Shown in pieces: positions 49,055 to 59,163 of a stretch of DNA of 64,000 nucleotides; positions within the stretch are counted from its first letter, which is position 1; every line of letters starts with the position of its first letter. The position numbers and the translations under genes were made by a program. The notes beneath the pieces were generated by a model. The model did not search any database. It had not been told where the DNA came from and saw only the letters and a list, made by a program, of their open reading frames with translations. The DNA is from a virus: positions 64,001-128,000 of the IMG/VR virus record IMGVR_UViG_3300035698_017437; one strand, given 5' to 3'.

Positions 49055-49380
49055 TGGCTACACTGAAGATTAGAAGAGGCACTAAAGCTGAAATATCAGG
49101 AATAACTTTAGATCTTTCAGAATTCGGATATTGTACCGACACAAAAGAGGTCTACATTGGAAACGGTGTAGGCAATACTTTTGTTGCCTCTGAAATTCTT
49201 GATGAGGATGATCTAATATCAAATTCATCAACATCTTTAGCTACTCAACAATCCATCAAGGCGTATGTGGATAATGTGATAGTTGGTGGTGATGGAGAGG
49301 CATGTAGCGATTTAGATGGTGGTGAAGCTTCAACTATCTATTCAGTAGCAGATATAATTTTAGATAGTGGAGGAGCATAA
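49054..49380 (+). CDS. short fibre protein with Mtd-N-like domain
   Basis: LKIRRGT...EFGYCTDTKEVYIGNG; ATQQSIKAYVD. Confidence 0.65.
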   Translation: MATLKIRRGTKAEISGITLDLSEFGYCTDTKEVYIGNGVGNTFVASEILDEDDLISNSSTSLATQQSIKAYVDNVIVGGDGEACSDLDGGEASTIYSVADIILDSGGA

Positions 49381-49601
49381 TGGCAACAATATTACGACAA
49401 AGACGGGATACTGCCGCTAATTGGACTTCTGTAAATCCCATAATTCCTGATGGACAATTATGTTTTGATGAGACAAATCACACTTTCAAAATAGGTGATG
49501 GATCAACAAACTATGAAAGTTTACCAATACAATCAGGAGTTCCAGGACAAGATGGCGTAACTGAAGATGATGTAATTGTGATGGCTATTGCTCTAGGTTA
49601 A
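49380..49601 (+). CDS. short fibre protein with Mtd-N-like domain
   Basis: RRDTAANWTSVNP...G......FKIGDG...Y..LP; terminal MAIALG. Confidence 0.7.
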   Translation: MATILRQRRDTAANWTSVNPIIPDGQLCFDETNHTFKIGDGSTNYESLPIQSGVPGQDGVTEDDVIVMAIALG

Positions 49602-50053
49602 TATTATGATAATATATATTACAATAATAATAATATTTCTCCTAATAACAAATGAATTGTTTTTATGGGGATTAGGAATAAATCGTCATGCTAATTGGTT
49701 ATTGGATTTTCCTGAATTAGAAGAAAGGAAATCAGTAAGTCCTAGTATGTTGAACATTTTATCTATTATGATTATCGTTTATTGTGTTTTATCTTTATCT
49801 TGGTGGTTATATGCTATTCCTATGATGGTTGGAATAGGAATAAAATGTTTTATAGGAGCATCTTTCATAACTTCAGCCAGCCATGTTTTATGTATTCATT
49901 TAGTTTCTTCTATAGCTAGATACTCTTGTTGTCCACGAAGATTTTGGCCTCCAATCTCTTCTAATATTTCCCGTATCCTATCAAAACACACCTCACATCC
50001 AGAATATCCATTTTAGTTGTTGACATCTTTTTTCATTCATGTTATAATACACC

Positions 50054-50563
50054 ATGAGAAAAAATATAATTATAAAAAGTTTGTTGGTTTTTTCTGTATT
50101 ATTCTGTTCCTCTTCTCAAGCAGATACTAAGGATTCTATTCGGAATTCTCTTCATCTTGAGGAAATCAGAAGAGAATTCCGTAAGGAACAGAAAGAAAAT
50201 ATTAAATGGCTTGCCTTGAATATTTATTTTGAAGCTAGAGGAGAGTCTATAAAAGGACAATTAGCTGTTGCTCTTGTTACCTTGAATAGAGTAGAATCCT
50301 CCAAATTTCCAAATACAGTTGAGGATGTTGTAAAACAGAGAAAACAATTCTCATGGCAATCTGATGGAAAGAGTGATATTCCTAAAAATAAAAATATTTA
50401 TAATCAATGTATTATCCTAGCCAAATTAGCATATAATATACATAATCCTAAATCCATGAATGAAGCCGACCATTATTACTCAACAATAATTAAGGCACCA
50501 TTCTGGACTAAGAAAATGATTCAGCTTCAACAAATCGGCAAGCACAAATTTTATAAATCTTAA
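50054..50563 (+). CDS. SleB-like cell wall hydrolase (Hydrolase_2)
   Basis: NIYFEARGE...GQ.AVA.V.LNRV....FP, QFSW, IG.H.FY. Confidence 0.92.
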   Translation: MRKNIIIKSLLVFSVLFCSSSQADTKDSIRNSLHLEEIRREFRKEQKENIKWLALNIYFEARGESIKGQLAVALVTLNRVESSKFPNTVEDVVKQRKQFSWQSDGKSDIPKNKNIYNQCIILAKLAYNIHNPKSMNEADHYYSTIIKAPFWTKKMIQLQQIGKHKFYKS

Positions 50564-50812
50564 ATGAGAGTATATAATATGTCTGTAATAGAAAAATCCC
50601 AATTTTCAGAGGAAGTAGAATTATTATTTTCAAGCAATAAAGACCTAAATGTTATTGATGCTGTTATTGAAATTTGTGAGAAATATTCTTTTGAAGTAGA
50701 TTCTGTAAAAGCTTTATTATCTAATCCACTAATTGATAAAATTGAATGCCAAGCAAGGAAATATAATAATTTGAAACGAACAACTAATGGATCTTTAGGA
50801 GCATTTTTATAA
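50564..50812 (+). CDS. 33: late transcription coactivator gp33
   Basis: FS.EVE....IDA....CE........LLS..L.DKI..A...N.L. Confidence 0.75.
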   Translation: MRVYNMSVIEKSQFSEEVELLFSSNKDLNVIDAVIEICEKYSFEVDSVKALLSNPLIDKIECQARKYNNLKRTTNGSLGAFL

Positions 50813-51159
50813 TAATATCAATATATTACATATAGAGAGTTCTCCAAGACACCTTGGTTGAATGATTAGAGTTTTTGTATACTAGCATATAACATGAAAA
50901 ACAAATTGAACCTGTGAGAGATTATCATGCTTAGAGAGAATTTAGAGCTTGGAAGCTGGAATGATTTACCCCATTATGCTGTAATTGGAGAGGCATCCAA
51001 TTTTTATATTTGGGTAAATGAAGATGGACAAGGAAGTTCATGTGAATGGTTGACAGGATCAACATCTTTTAGTAATTATCATTATCTAAACAGAATTTTC
51101 AAAAAAGATAAAAAAGGATTTATCTCCTTAGTGAAGATCATTCATAAAGAGAACATGAA

Positions 51160-51750
51160 ATGAAAACAATTACTGGATATCTTGTCTATAAAAATTTCTT
51201 TTCATTTAGACGACATTTCTCTGGATTATATGATCTGAAATTATATGGAATGAATCCTGTAAAATTACCTTTTGAGAAATATGAAAATTCCCATGAAAAA
51301 TGGATGTTTGATACAATAGCAAAGAGAATAAAAAAGTTGGATAAACTTCAAGAACTGTTAGTTGTATCCTTCAAAGAAAAAGATAGATCTGTATATGAAA
51401 TTGTAGACAATTTAGATTCCTTAGAGAAAGATGTTGGAATATGGAGAACTCAAGTTCAAGCTTCAGAATATAATTTCAGCCAAGAAATGAAAGAATTATT
51501 CTCAAGAGGAATAAAAATTCAGAAAGGTATTGCCGATATCCTACTTGAAGAATATCTGAACGGAAAAATAAACTTGAACACCTTCTGTATCTGTTACCAA
51601 GTATTTGGTTTTGATAGATTATTAGGTGAAGATAATTTCATTTGGGATAATGGCAGAGGAGAAAGAATCAAAGCATACATGAAATTGATATCCTTTGATG
51701 TATCTAAATATCAACTCATATCCAAGAATCTTCTGGAGTGTTCAAAATGA
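51160..51750 (+). CDS. 59: helicase loader gp59
   Basis: Y......HFSG.YD...Y N-terminus; position between gp33 and gp32. Confidence 0.7.
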   Translation: MKTITGYLVYKNFFSFRRHFSGLYDLKLYGMNPVKLPFEKYENSHEKWMFDTIAKRIKKLDKLQELLVVSFKEKDRSVYEIVDNLDSLEKDVGIWRTQVQASEYNFSQEMKELFSRGIKIQKGIADILLEEYLNGKINLNTFCICYQVFGFDRLLGEDNFIWDNGRGERIKAYMKLISFDVSKYQLISKNLLECSK

Positions 51751-52180
51751 AAATGAAAACAGACTATGGACTTCTTGATGGATCAGAACAACAAATAAAA
51801 ACCCTCACCAAGCGACTAATGTTGAGTAATTGGTGGGGCAAAAAACAAGAAGATACCTTACCTAACCTGCTATTGGATTGTGTGAATCATGTTAGAGTGA
51901 AAATGTTATATTCTCCAAAAGATTTTCGTTTCCATATTATTCTAACGGACTCCGATAATATAAACTCTATACAAATGAATTTATATGGAAAGATTCGTTA
52001 TCCTAAAATCCCATCTTTCGTTTCTTTATCCAGAAAAACTATATATGTGAATATTGATAAGATCAATAGAAAAGTTTTATATCATGAAATTGGACATTTG
52101 ATGTTCAATGATCTGATAGACAATAAAAGGGTTGGTTCCTCTTTACATGAACATATAGCCCAGTTTTGTGAAAATAAATG

Positions 52181-52258
52181 TTGACTTCTCGTTCCATACA
52201 TGTTATAATAGTGTATACAGAATGAGAAATATCTAATTCAAAATGGAGATTCAAAATG
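52181..52258 (+). promoter_or_regulatory. early promoter/leader cassette copy
   Basis: TTGACT-17-TATAAT-AGTGTATACAGAATGAGAAATATCTAATTCAAAATGGAG. Confidence 0.9.
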
Positions 52259-52558
52259 ATTATAGATACCAAACTTGTTGCTTATTTCTACAATAAACAA
52301 TTGAACATCCCCTATACTGTTGAGCTAGATTTTGACCTCGATCTTGTTTATATTCATCCTTCCAAAGATACTTTCGGTATGTGGACTTACAACACAAAAG
52401 ATTTTCTTGATCTTTCTGGTGATATGTTATACCTTGATTATGGTCAAGAATGGTATGTTATGGGAATTCAGGATGTTATTACAGAAGTAAATGATCTCAT
52501 TACAGGATGAGATTAAAATTCTTGCTCTTGCTAGAGCTTTTAGGGCTAAAACAGGGAG

Positions 52559-53710
52559 GTGCTGTTGATGGAAGTATTCAATAATGAAATAAAACCAATA
52601 AAATCTTGGGCAAAAGATCTTGAAAAGGGAGCTCTTGAGCAAGCTAAAAATTTAGCAAATCTTCCTTTTGTGTTCAAGCATGTTGCTATTATGCCAGATT
52701 CCCATCAAGGATATGGTGCTCCCATCGGAGCAGTAGTAGCAACCGAGAATGTAGTAGTTCCTAATATTTGTGGAGTGGATATCGGATGTGGGGTTCTAGC
52801 TTGTAAAACTCTCCTAAAAAATCCTTCTATGAAACGTATTATTGAATGGAAAAAAGAAATTCAAAATTCTATTCCATTGGGATTCAATTCTCATAAAGAA
52901 CCTCAAGAATTTTGGTATGACAATGATACATATGATTTTGATAATCTTCCAATTGTCTCAAGAGAAATGGAAAAGGCTTCCTACTCTTTAGGTTCGCTGG
53001 GATCAGGCAATCATTTTCTGGAATTACAAAAAGATGGAGAAGGTTACCTTTGGGTTATGATTCATTCTGGATCCAGAAATATTGGATATCAAGTAGCAAA
53101 ACATTACAATGATGTTGCGAAAGATTTGAATAAAAGATGGTTTTCTTCAGTACCTAAAGAACATGATTTGGCTTTCCTTCCTCTTGATACAGATCTTGGA
53201 AAAAGATATATGAAGGAAATGGAATATTGTGTTGATTATGCTTCTGTGAACAGAGAAAGGATGTTTAAGGTTATTATAAATATTCTTCAATGTTTTCATA
53301 ATGCTCCTATAAACATTGCCCATAATTATGCGGCATTAGAAAATCATTATGGAAAGAATGTTGTTGTTCATAGAAAAGGAGCTACAAGAGCATATAAGGA
53401 TCAATTAGGTGTTATTCCAGGATCTCAAGGAACATCTTCATTCATTGTTAGAGGATTAGGGAATAAAGAATCTTTTTCATCTTGTTCTCATGGAGCTGGA
53501 AGAAAATTGGGTCGTAAGGCTGCCATAAGAGAATTAGATGTAAAGGTAGAGCAAGAAAAAATGGAAGGTATTCTTCATTCTATAGTAGGAACTAAACAGC
53601 TTGATGAGGCACCTGGAGCCTATAAAGATATATATGAAGTTATGAAGAACCAAAAAGATTTAGTGGAAATTGTAACTGAACTAAAACCTCTTGCCGTGGT
53701 GAAAGGATGA
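52559..53710 (+). CDS. rtcB: RtcB RNA 3'-phosphate ligase
   Basis: MPDSHQG, GVDIGCG, GSGNHFLE, HSGSR, HNY, HRKGA, HGAGR, DEAP.AYK. Confidence 0.96.
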   Translation: MLLMEVFNNEIKPIKSWAKDLEKGALEQAKNLANLPFVFKHVAIMPDSHQGYGAPIGAVVATENVVVPNICGVDIGCGVLACKTLLKNPSMKRIIEWKKEIQNSIPLGFNSHKEPQEFWYDNDTYDFDNLPIVSREMEKASYSLGSLGSGNHFLELQKDGEGYLWVMIHSGSRNIGYQVAKHYNDVAKDLNKRWFSSVPKEHDLAFLPLDTDLGKRYMKEMEYCVDYASVNRERMFKVIINILQCFHNAPINIAHNYAALENHYGKNVVVHRKGATRAYKDQLGVIPGSQGTSSFIVRGLGNKESFSSCSHGAGRKLGRKAAIRELDVKVEQEKMEGILHSIVGTKQLDEAPGAYKDIYEVMKNQKDLVEIVTELKPLAVVKG

Positions 53711-54362
53711 TATCTAAACTAAAGAAAATTTCAAATCTTATTTCTGAAGTAGATGATGAAGTATGGAAAGTATTTTTTGAATACCAAAAAGAAAGGGGAT
53801 TTTATTTTTCCGATCCTGAAAGATGGGTAATTGATGATGATATCATTACATTTATAGGAGAGGATGGATGTATGGGAGTTTATGCGTCTATGTCTGTAGA
53901 AATCCCTCTATCATACTTCAAGAAAAAATGAGAAACCTTCATAAAAATACAGGCAAACATAAAAAAGAGTTCAAATTAGGCAGATGGATGTTGTTTTATA
54001 ATAGAGCAGAGGATCCATCTGTAAAATGGTATAAACGTCTTTGGTCTACAGATAAAGAAAATACACGATCTAATCATTTATTTTCTATAGATAATATAGA
54101 AAGTAAGGAATATGATAATAAAGCTTTTGTTATCTATATGGGACCATTTCAAGTTTACATAGGGAGAATAAAAAAATAAAGAGAAAACATTTCTCTTGAC
54201 AATCATCTATAAATATACTATATTAAGGTAACGACTGAAACCACTAAAAAGAGAGAGGATCTTATGTAATCTGTCCCTAAAGAGGACATACACCACGAAT
54301 AGGCAAATCGTATAAAATCGCCTCAAATAGAATAAAAAAATAAAAATAAAAAGGAAATAAAT

Positions 54363-55292
54363 ATGGTAGATTTCGCCGCATTATCAACTTCTAAAAGTGC
54401 TTCTAAATTTCAAAATCTAATCAATGCCGCAAAACGGTCTTCTTTGGGAAAAGAAAAGAAAGATTATTCTGATTCAGATTCTTGGTATCCTGAACGGGAT
54501 AACGAGGGAAATGGTCAGGCTATTATCCGCTTTCTTCCTGGACTTGAATCTGAAGGAACTCCAATCTTTGTTGAACTTTATTCTCATGGATTTGAAGGAT
54601 CTGGTGGTAAATGGATGGTAGAGAATTGTCCTACTACTATTGATAAGGATTGTCCTGTTTGTGATGCTAATAGAAAGATTGTGAAACAATATGATAGTTG
54701 GCAATCAACTCCAAAAGAGAAACAAAAGATTTGTCAAAGACGTAAACGTAAACAAGCATATCATTGTAATATTCTAATTATCTCTGATAAAGCTAATCCA
54801 GAGAATAATGGTAGAGTATGTAAATTCCGTTTTGGTAAAACAATTATGGATATGATTATGGGTAAACTCGCACCTGAATTTGATGATATTGAACCTATTA
54901 ATGTTTTTGATTATATTGATGGAGCGAACTTCAGAATGGTAGTTGGCAAAGATGATGGTTGGGTTTCATATAAAAAATCCACTTTTGATTCGGTTTCTCC
55001 TCTTGACAAAAAAACGATCAAGACTTGTGAAGAGTCTCAATTCCATATTCTTCCCCTAGTTGGAGAGGATCAATTCAAATCTGTTGAAGATCTCCAAAAA
55101 CGATTTGATGAAGTTGAGAATGAGGATAATTCTAGAGGTTCTGCTGAGGATTACTCTAAAGAAACTGAAAGTCCTCAAGAGAAGATGAAAAAAACTTCTG
55201 AAAAGAAATCTCCCAAAAAAGAAAAAGTAGTGGAGGAATCTGATGAATCAGTTGATTCATGGCTGAAAAGTCTAGCTGATTCAGAAGCCTAA
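54363..55292 (+). CDS. 32: single-stranded DNA-binding protein gp32
   Basis: GNG.A.IRFLP, HGF...G.W..ENCPTT....CPVC, NIL.I.D.ANPENNG.V, acidic tail. Confidence 0.95.
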   Translation: MVDFAALSTSKSASKFQNLINAAKRSSLGKEKKDYSDSDSWYPERDNEGNGQAIIRFLPGLESEGTPIFVELYSHGFEGSGGKWMVENCPTTIDKDCPVCDANRKIVKQYDSWQSTPKEKQKICQRRKRKQAYHCNILIISDKANPENNGRVCKFRFGKTIMDMIMGKLAPEFDDIEPINVFDYIDGANFRMVVGKDDGWVSYKKSTFDSVSPLDKKTIKTCEESQFHILPLVGEDQFKSVEDLQKRFDEVENEDNSRGSAEDYSKETESPQEKMKKTSEKKSPKKEKVVEESDESVDSWLKSLADSEA

Positions 55293-55295
55293 ATA

Positions 55296-55339
55296 AAAAA
55301 GCTCTTACTGATTTCTTTCTCGGTAAGAGCTTTTTTTAT
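55296..55339. terminator. bidirectional terminator
   Basis: aaaaaagctcttactga / tcggtaagagctttttt between convergent genes. Confidence 0.85.
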
Positions 55340-57760
55340 CTAAAAGTTTCCTTGAGTTACTGCTAATACTCCAATATCAAAATTTCTTGATTCTAAAGGA
55401 GTATTCACCTGAGAACTATTACTAACATTTGTACTAGATGAATTGTTATTATTAGTTATTATGGGTTGAATATTTTGAGATATTTCTTTAGATTCTTTTT
55501 TATCAAATTCTTTCTTTTTATTTTCTAAAGAAGTTCCAACTATTTCTCTTGCGGTCGCTAAGGGATTTTCATATTTCAAGGTAGAGTTTTCTCTTCCCTC
55601 AAAAGCTGTAGGTTTATGTGAAGAAATAGTTTCATATTCTAGTAAAGATCCCTTGCCTCTATTATCATTCAAAATATCCTTTTCGCTCAACTGGATAGGT
55701 TGTATATTTTTCTGTTTTTCCTTTTTACCTATTCCCAATTTATCCTTCAACCAACCTCTAGCTTCATCAAAAGGTATCATGTTTGTGACTGATTCCAACA
55801 CAGAACCCATCATTTCTTTCAAATCAATATCGGGAAGAAAAGTATCTCCTATCATATTCTTGACAAAATCATATATTCTTTGAAATGCTCCTGTAATAAA
55901 AGTCAATGGATTGTTTTCTAAAATTGTTGATAAAGCTTTATCTATATCTCCAGTGAATAATTCCTTTATCGCAATGAAAGGCGCTTTCACTAAATTGAAT
56001 ATACTTTCTATATTTTCACCCAACATAGAGAAGAATATGTCTATTGAACCCATTATTTTAGAAGCGAAACCTCCCTCAATTTGAGTACCGAATAGTCCAA
56101 GAATTTTATCTACTACCCAACCGAATAATTTTATAGGCAATTCAAAGAATCCTTTCAATACTTCTGATAATCCTGCCATTGTTTTTTCTAATATAGATCC
56201 CTCTGATGCTTGGTATCCTTTAACAAAATCATAAATTCCCATAAGAATAGATATTGGCCATCCGAGACCTTTTAGAGCAAACTTGAAAGCTCCTGCGAAT
56301 TTGCCAATAAGGGGAATAGCTTTCTTCATCATTTCACCAATTCCTTTCATATTACCAAAGAATTTGATTATAGGTTCAAAAAACTTTCCAACTTTTCCAG
56401 AAACATATAAGAAACCCTCTTTTACTTTATCAAAAAAGGCAAACATCGGAGCAAAAGATTTTTGGATAAGTTTTACTCTATTCCCGATGAATTTACCAAA
56501 TGATATAAGAACTTCAAAAGGTTTGATGAAATATGCTATAGCACTACCAATTACTGCTCCTAAAGTTATTGCCGCTCCTGTTAGGACTGCTCCTATGTTT
56601 ATAAAGATATTATCCCAGAAACTTGATTCAACCTCTGGAGCTTCTAAATTCAAATCTAAATTTTCTAGAGCTTCTAGTTGTTTTTCTTGAAATTGAATTT
56701 GTTCCCTATATTTCTCTTCTTGAGAAACTTTATCCATTTTATCGGATACTGTTTGCTGTTCAAGACTAGATAATATATTGGAAAGTATTTCATTGCCCGA
56801 ATTATCTGATTCATCTTCAGGACCACTCTCTAGAGCTTTTATGATATCTGTACGAAGAATATCCAAACCTTCCTCTGTAGCCATTGCTTGAAAGAGTTTC
56901 AATGCTTCTGGATCTGTTTCATTTTGTATAGCAGAATCAATTTCTTTTTTCACCTCTTCCATGGCAACATCTAAGGATCCATCTTTATTTCCTGCTATAT
57001 CTTCCAAAGCATCTTTTGCTTGTTTTTCTGCTTCTTGTTTTATTTCTTTATTTGCTTCCTCTAAGGCTTTTTGAGATTCTGTTACTTTTTCTAATTGTTC
57101 ATTATATGATGCCAAGGCAGCTGATTCAGTTTCTTCTTTTGATTTATTTTTTTCTTCTTTACGACTTCTCATGAAATCGCCTATAGCTCCACCAGCAAAC
57201 ATAGCAAGAGGAGAATCACCTAGAACACCAGCTAATATGCCGCCAATATCTGGCATATTATTACTAACAGCACTCCCAATCATTTTAGCGTTTGATAATC
57301 TATTTGATTTATCAAAATTTATTTGTTCTTTTACTAAGGATTCCTGTCTTTTCAAGGATTGTAATTGATCTGAGGTAAGATCTCCTGAATCATCAATTGA
57401 ATCTATAACTTCTGACAATTTCTTTTCTTGAATTTTGAGAGAGAATCTTGAAGATGTGTCGCTTACTTCTTTGAAAACTGAACCAATCCTTTCAGATAAT
57501 CTATCAAAGGTTTTGCTCTGAAGAGATTCATCACCTCTCTCGGCATCTAATCCAGTTTTAGAAGTAAAATTTTGTTGTTGATTATTATTGTTTGTCTTTT
57601 TCCAAGATTTCAGGAATGAGGATAGACCACCATCTTTCATAGAATCAACAGATTTATTATAAACTCGTTCTACGTTTCTCCTATCATTTTCTACATTGGC
57701 CTCTAAACGGGCTAATCTAATATCATTCATTCTTGATTTATTTTCTTGGTCCATCTTCAT
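55340..57760 (-). CDS. tape measure / baseplate hub (gp29-like)
   Basis: 806 aa, coiled coil plus amphipathic helices, N/S-rich tail; follows gp26-gp51. Confidence 0.7.
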   Translation of the reverse strand: MKMDQENKSRMNDIRLARLEANVENDRRNVERVYNKSVDSMKDGGLSSFLKSWKKTNNNNQQQNFTSKTGLDAERGDESLQSKTFDRLSERIGSVFKEVSDTSSRFSLKIQEKKLSEVIDSIDDSGDLTSDQLQSLKRQESLVKEQINFDKSNRLSNAKMIGSAVSNNMPDIGGILAGVLGDSPLAMFAGGAIGDFMRSRKEEKNKSKEETESAALASYNEQLEKVTESQKALEEANKEIKQEAEKQAKDALEDIAGNKDGSLDVAMEEVKKEIDSAIQNETDPEALKLFQAMATEEGLDILRTDIIKALESGPEDESDNSGNEILSNILSSLEQQTVSDKMDKVSQEEKYREQIQFQEKQLEALENLDLNLEAPEVESSFWDNIFINIGAVLTGAAITLGAVIGSAIAYFIKPFEVLISFGKFIGNRVKLIQKSFAPMFAFFDKVKEGFLYVSGKVGKFFEPIIKFFGNMKGIGEMMKKAIPLIGKFAGAFKFALKGLGWPISILMGIYDFVKGYQASEGSILEKTMAGLSEVLKGFFELPIKLFGWVVDKILGLFGTQIEGGFASKIMGSIDIFFSMLGENIESIFNLVKAPFIAIKELFTGDIDKALSTILENNPLTFITGAFQRIYDFVKNMIGDTFLPDIDLKEMMGSVLESVTNMIPFDEARGWLKDKLGIGKKEKQKNIQPIQLSEKDILNDNRGKGSLLEYETISSHKPTAFEGRENSTLKYENPLATAREIVGTSLENKKKEFDKKESKEISQNIQPIITNNNNSSSTNVSNSSQVNTPLESRNFDIGVLAVTQGNF

Positions 57761-57794
57761 TCCTTATTATATTTTGTAATGCTCTTTCACATCT

Positions 57795-57950
57795 TCACTT
57801 ATCTTTATTGATTTTCTGGACAAGCAAAGCTATGTAAATCTCCCTTTCCCACGGCATCATCAACTCTATTTCTGTCAAAGACCAATTAAAGTTTTCCATC
57901 AAACTAAAATTGGTCTTATAAACAGCTAAAAGAGAACTGTGGGAGGTCAT
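57795..57950 (-). CDS. 51: baseplate hub assembly catalyst gp51-like (not in ORF track)
   Basis: YKTNFSLM..F.WSLTEIE.MMPWEREIYI.LL. Confidence 0.8.
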   Translation of the reverse strand: MTSHSSLLAVYKTNFSLMENFNWSLTEIELMMPWEREIYIALLVQKINKDK

Positions 57951-58651
57951 TAGGCGAAAAAATCGCTAAGACCCTTAAACTCATGTTTGACTATAAATCC
58001 ACAATGAGAACATTTTTCGTTGATATTATAGGACATTCTTGGCATTGTATCAAAAAACTCTTTTACTTTTGAAAATTGTCCTGAAGTCATAGAATCCAAA
58101 AACTCTCCTATTTCTTCTTTTGATAAATCTGAAGAATTGTATATAACATCACCAATCATAACAGAATCAACCATTGATACTACAAGAGCAAACATTTTTT
58201 CTGGATCTTCAGAATCTTCCATGACACTTTCAAGAGTAGGATAATTCATAGTAATAATAACATCCTCAGATATAGCAATATTCTTTGAATGTTTTTTATC
58301 TTTCTTGATCTTCACTTTCTCAAGGTCAATCTCAATCTCAATTTTCTTTTTACATTCAGGACATGAAAAATTGATTTCTACAACTTCGCCTACAGAAGCT
58401 CCCCTTAATTTTATAAATAAAAACTCAATATCAAATGTAGCTAACTTTTCAACGTCTAATACTTCAAACGAGCAAGCAAAAATAATATCTTTCATTGCTA
58501 AAACTACATCTTCGGGATTTTTAGATTCTTTAGCTGCCAGAAGAATTTTTTCTTCTTTGACTAAAAAGGGCCTCATTTTAACTTTTTTATTTGTTGATGG
58601 TACAGTAACCGTAAATGATGGCACAGCTAACTTGGGTAGAACTGATTCCAT
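57950..58651 (-). CDS. 26: baseplate hub subunit gp26
   Basis: LPKL..P......PS......RPFLVKEEKILL, FDIE.LF..LR..SVGE, GL.DFF. Confidence 0.92.
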   Translation of the reverse strand: MESVLPKLAVPSFTVTVPSTNKKVKMRPFLVKEEKILLAAKESKNPEDVVLAMKDIIFACSFEVLDVEKLATFDIEFLFIKLRGASVGEVVEINFSCPECKKKIEIEIDLEKVKIKKDKKHSKNIAISEDVIITMNYPTLESVMEDSEDPEKMFALVVSMVDSVMIGDVIYNSSDLSKEEIGEFLDSMTSGQFSKVKEFFDTMPRMSYNINEKCSHCGFIVKHEFKGLSDFFA

Positions 58652-58665
58652 AATAATCCTCTCTT

Positions 58666-59163
58666 TTATTCTTTGTGATGGAAAAACATGGAAACTGTTA
58701 CTTGAGCTATTTCCTCTGCCTCTCCGCTATATGATACTGGACTTACATTCATTGGAAAACAATCAACTAATTTCACCCCTTTCCTTTCCTTTCCATTTTG
58801 ATCAAATCCTCTTATAATCATTTGACCTACTATTTCTTCATAATATCTAACATATCCATCATTTGTCAGAACAAAATCTAACCAATCCATGAAATATTGA
58901 TATTCTGTTAGATCTACCGAACAATGGAAGGTCATATTTACCTCACCATAATTCACTCCTGTGGGAATATTCAAATGATGTCCTGCTCCCTCAAAGAATG
59001 GAGCGGTATCAACAGAAGCAGAAGGAAATTCTACACTTGAACAATTCATTCTAGTATTAACATCCGCATTACCTAATGGTGATGAGATAATCACACCATA
59101 TTTATTAGGATTCAATAAACTTTTCTTTTTTATTATACTCATATACTGAGATATAGAATTCAT
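58666..59163 (-). CDS. gp54/gp19-like tail tube initiator
   Basis: V.FP, ..TF, F.DW, YY.E, L..CFP tube-fold pattern. Confidence 0.7.
   Translation of the reverse strand: MNSISQYMSIIKKKSLLNPNKYGVIISSPLGNADVNTRMNCSSVEFPSASVDTAPFFEGAGHHLNIPTGVNYGEVNMTFHCSVDLTEYQYFMDWLDFVLTNDGYVRYYEEIVGQMIIRGFDQNGKERKGVKLVDCFPMNVSPVSYSGEAEEIAQVTVSMFFHHKE

Noticed and set aside
1928-54704. Most short minus-strand ORFs in the plus-strand region
   Set aside because: They are antisense shadows of well-supported genes, without RBS or motifs; only 33609-34277 is supported
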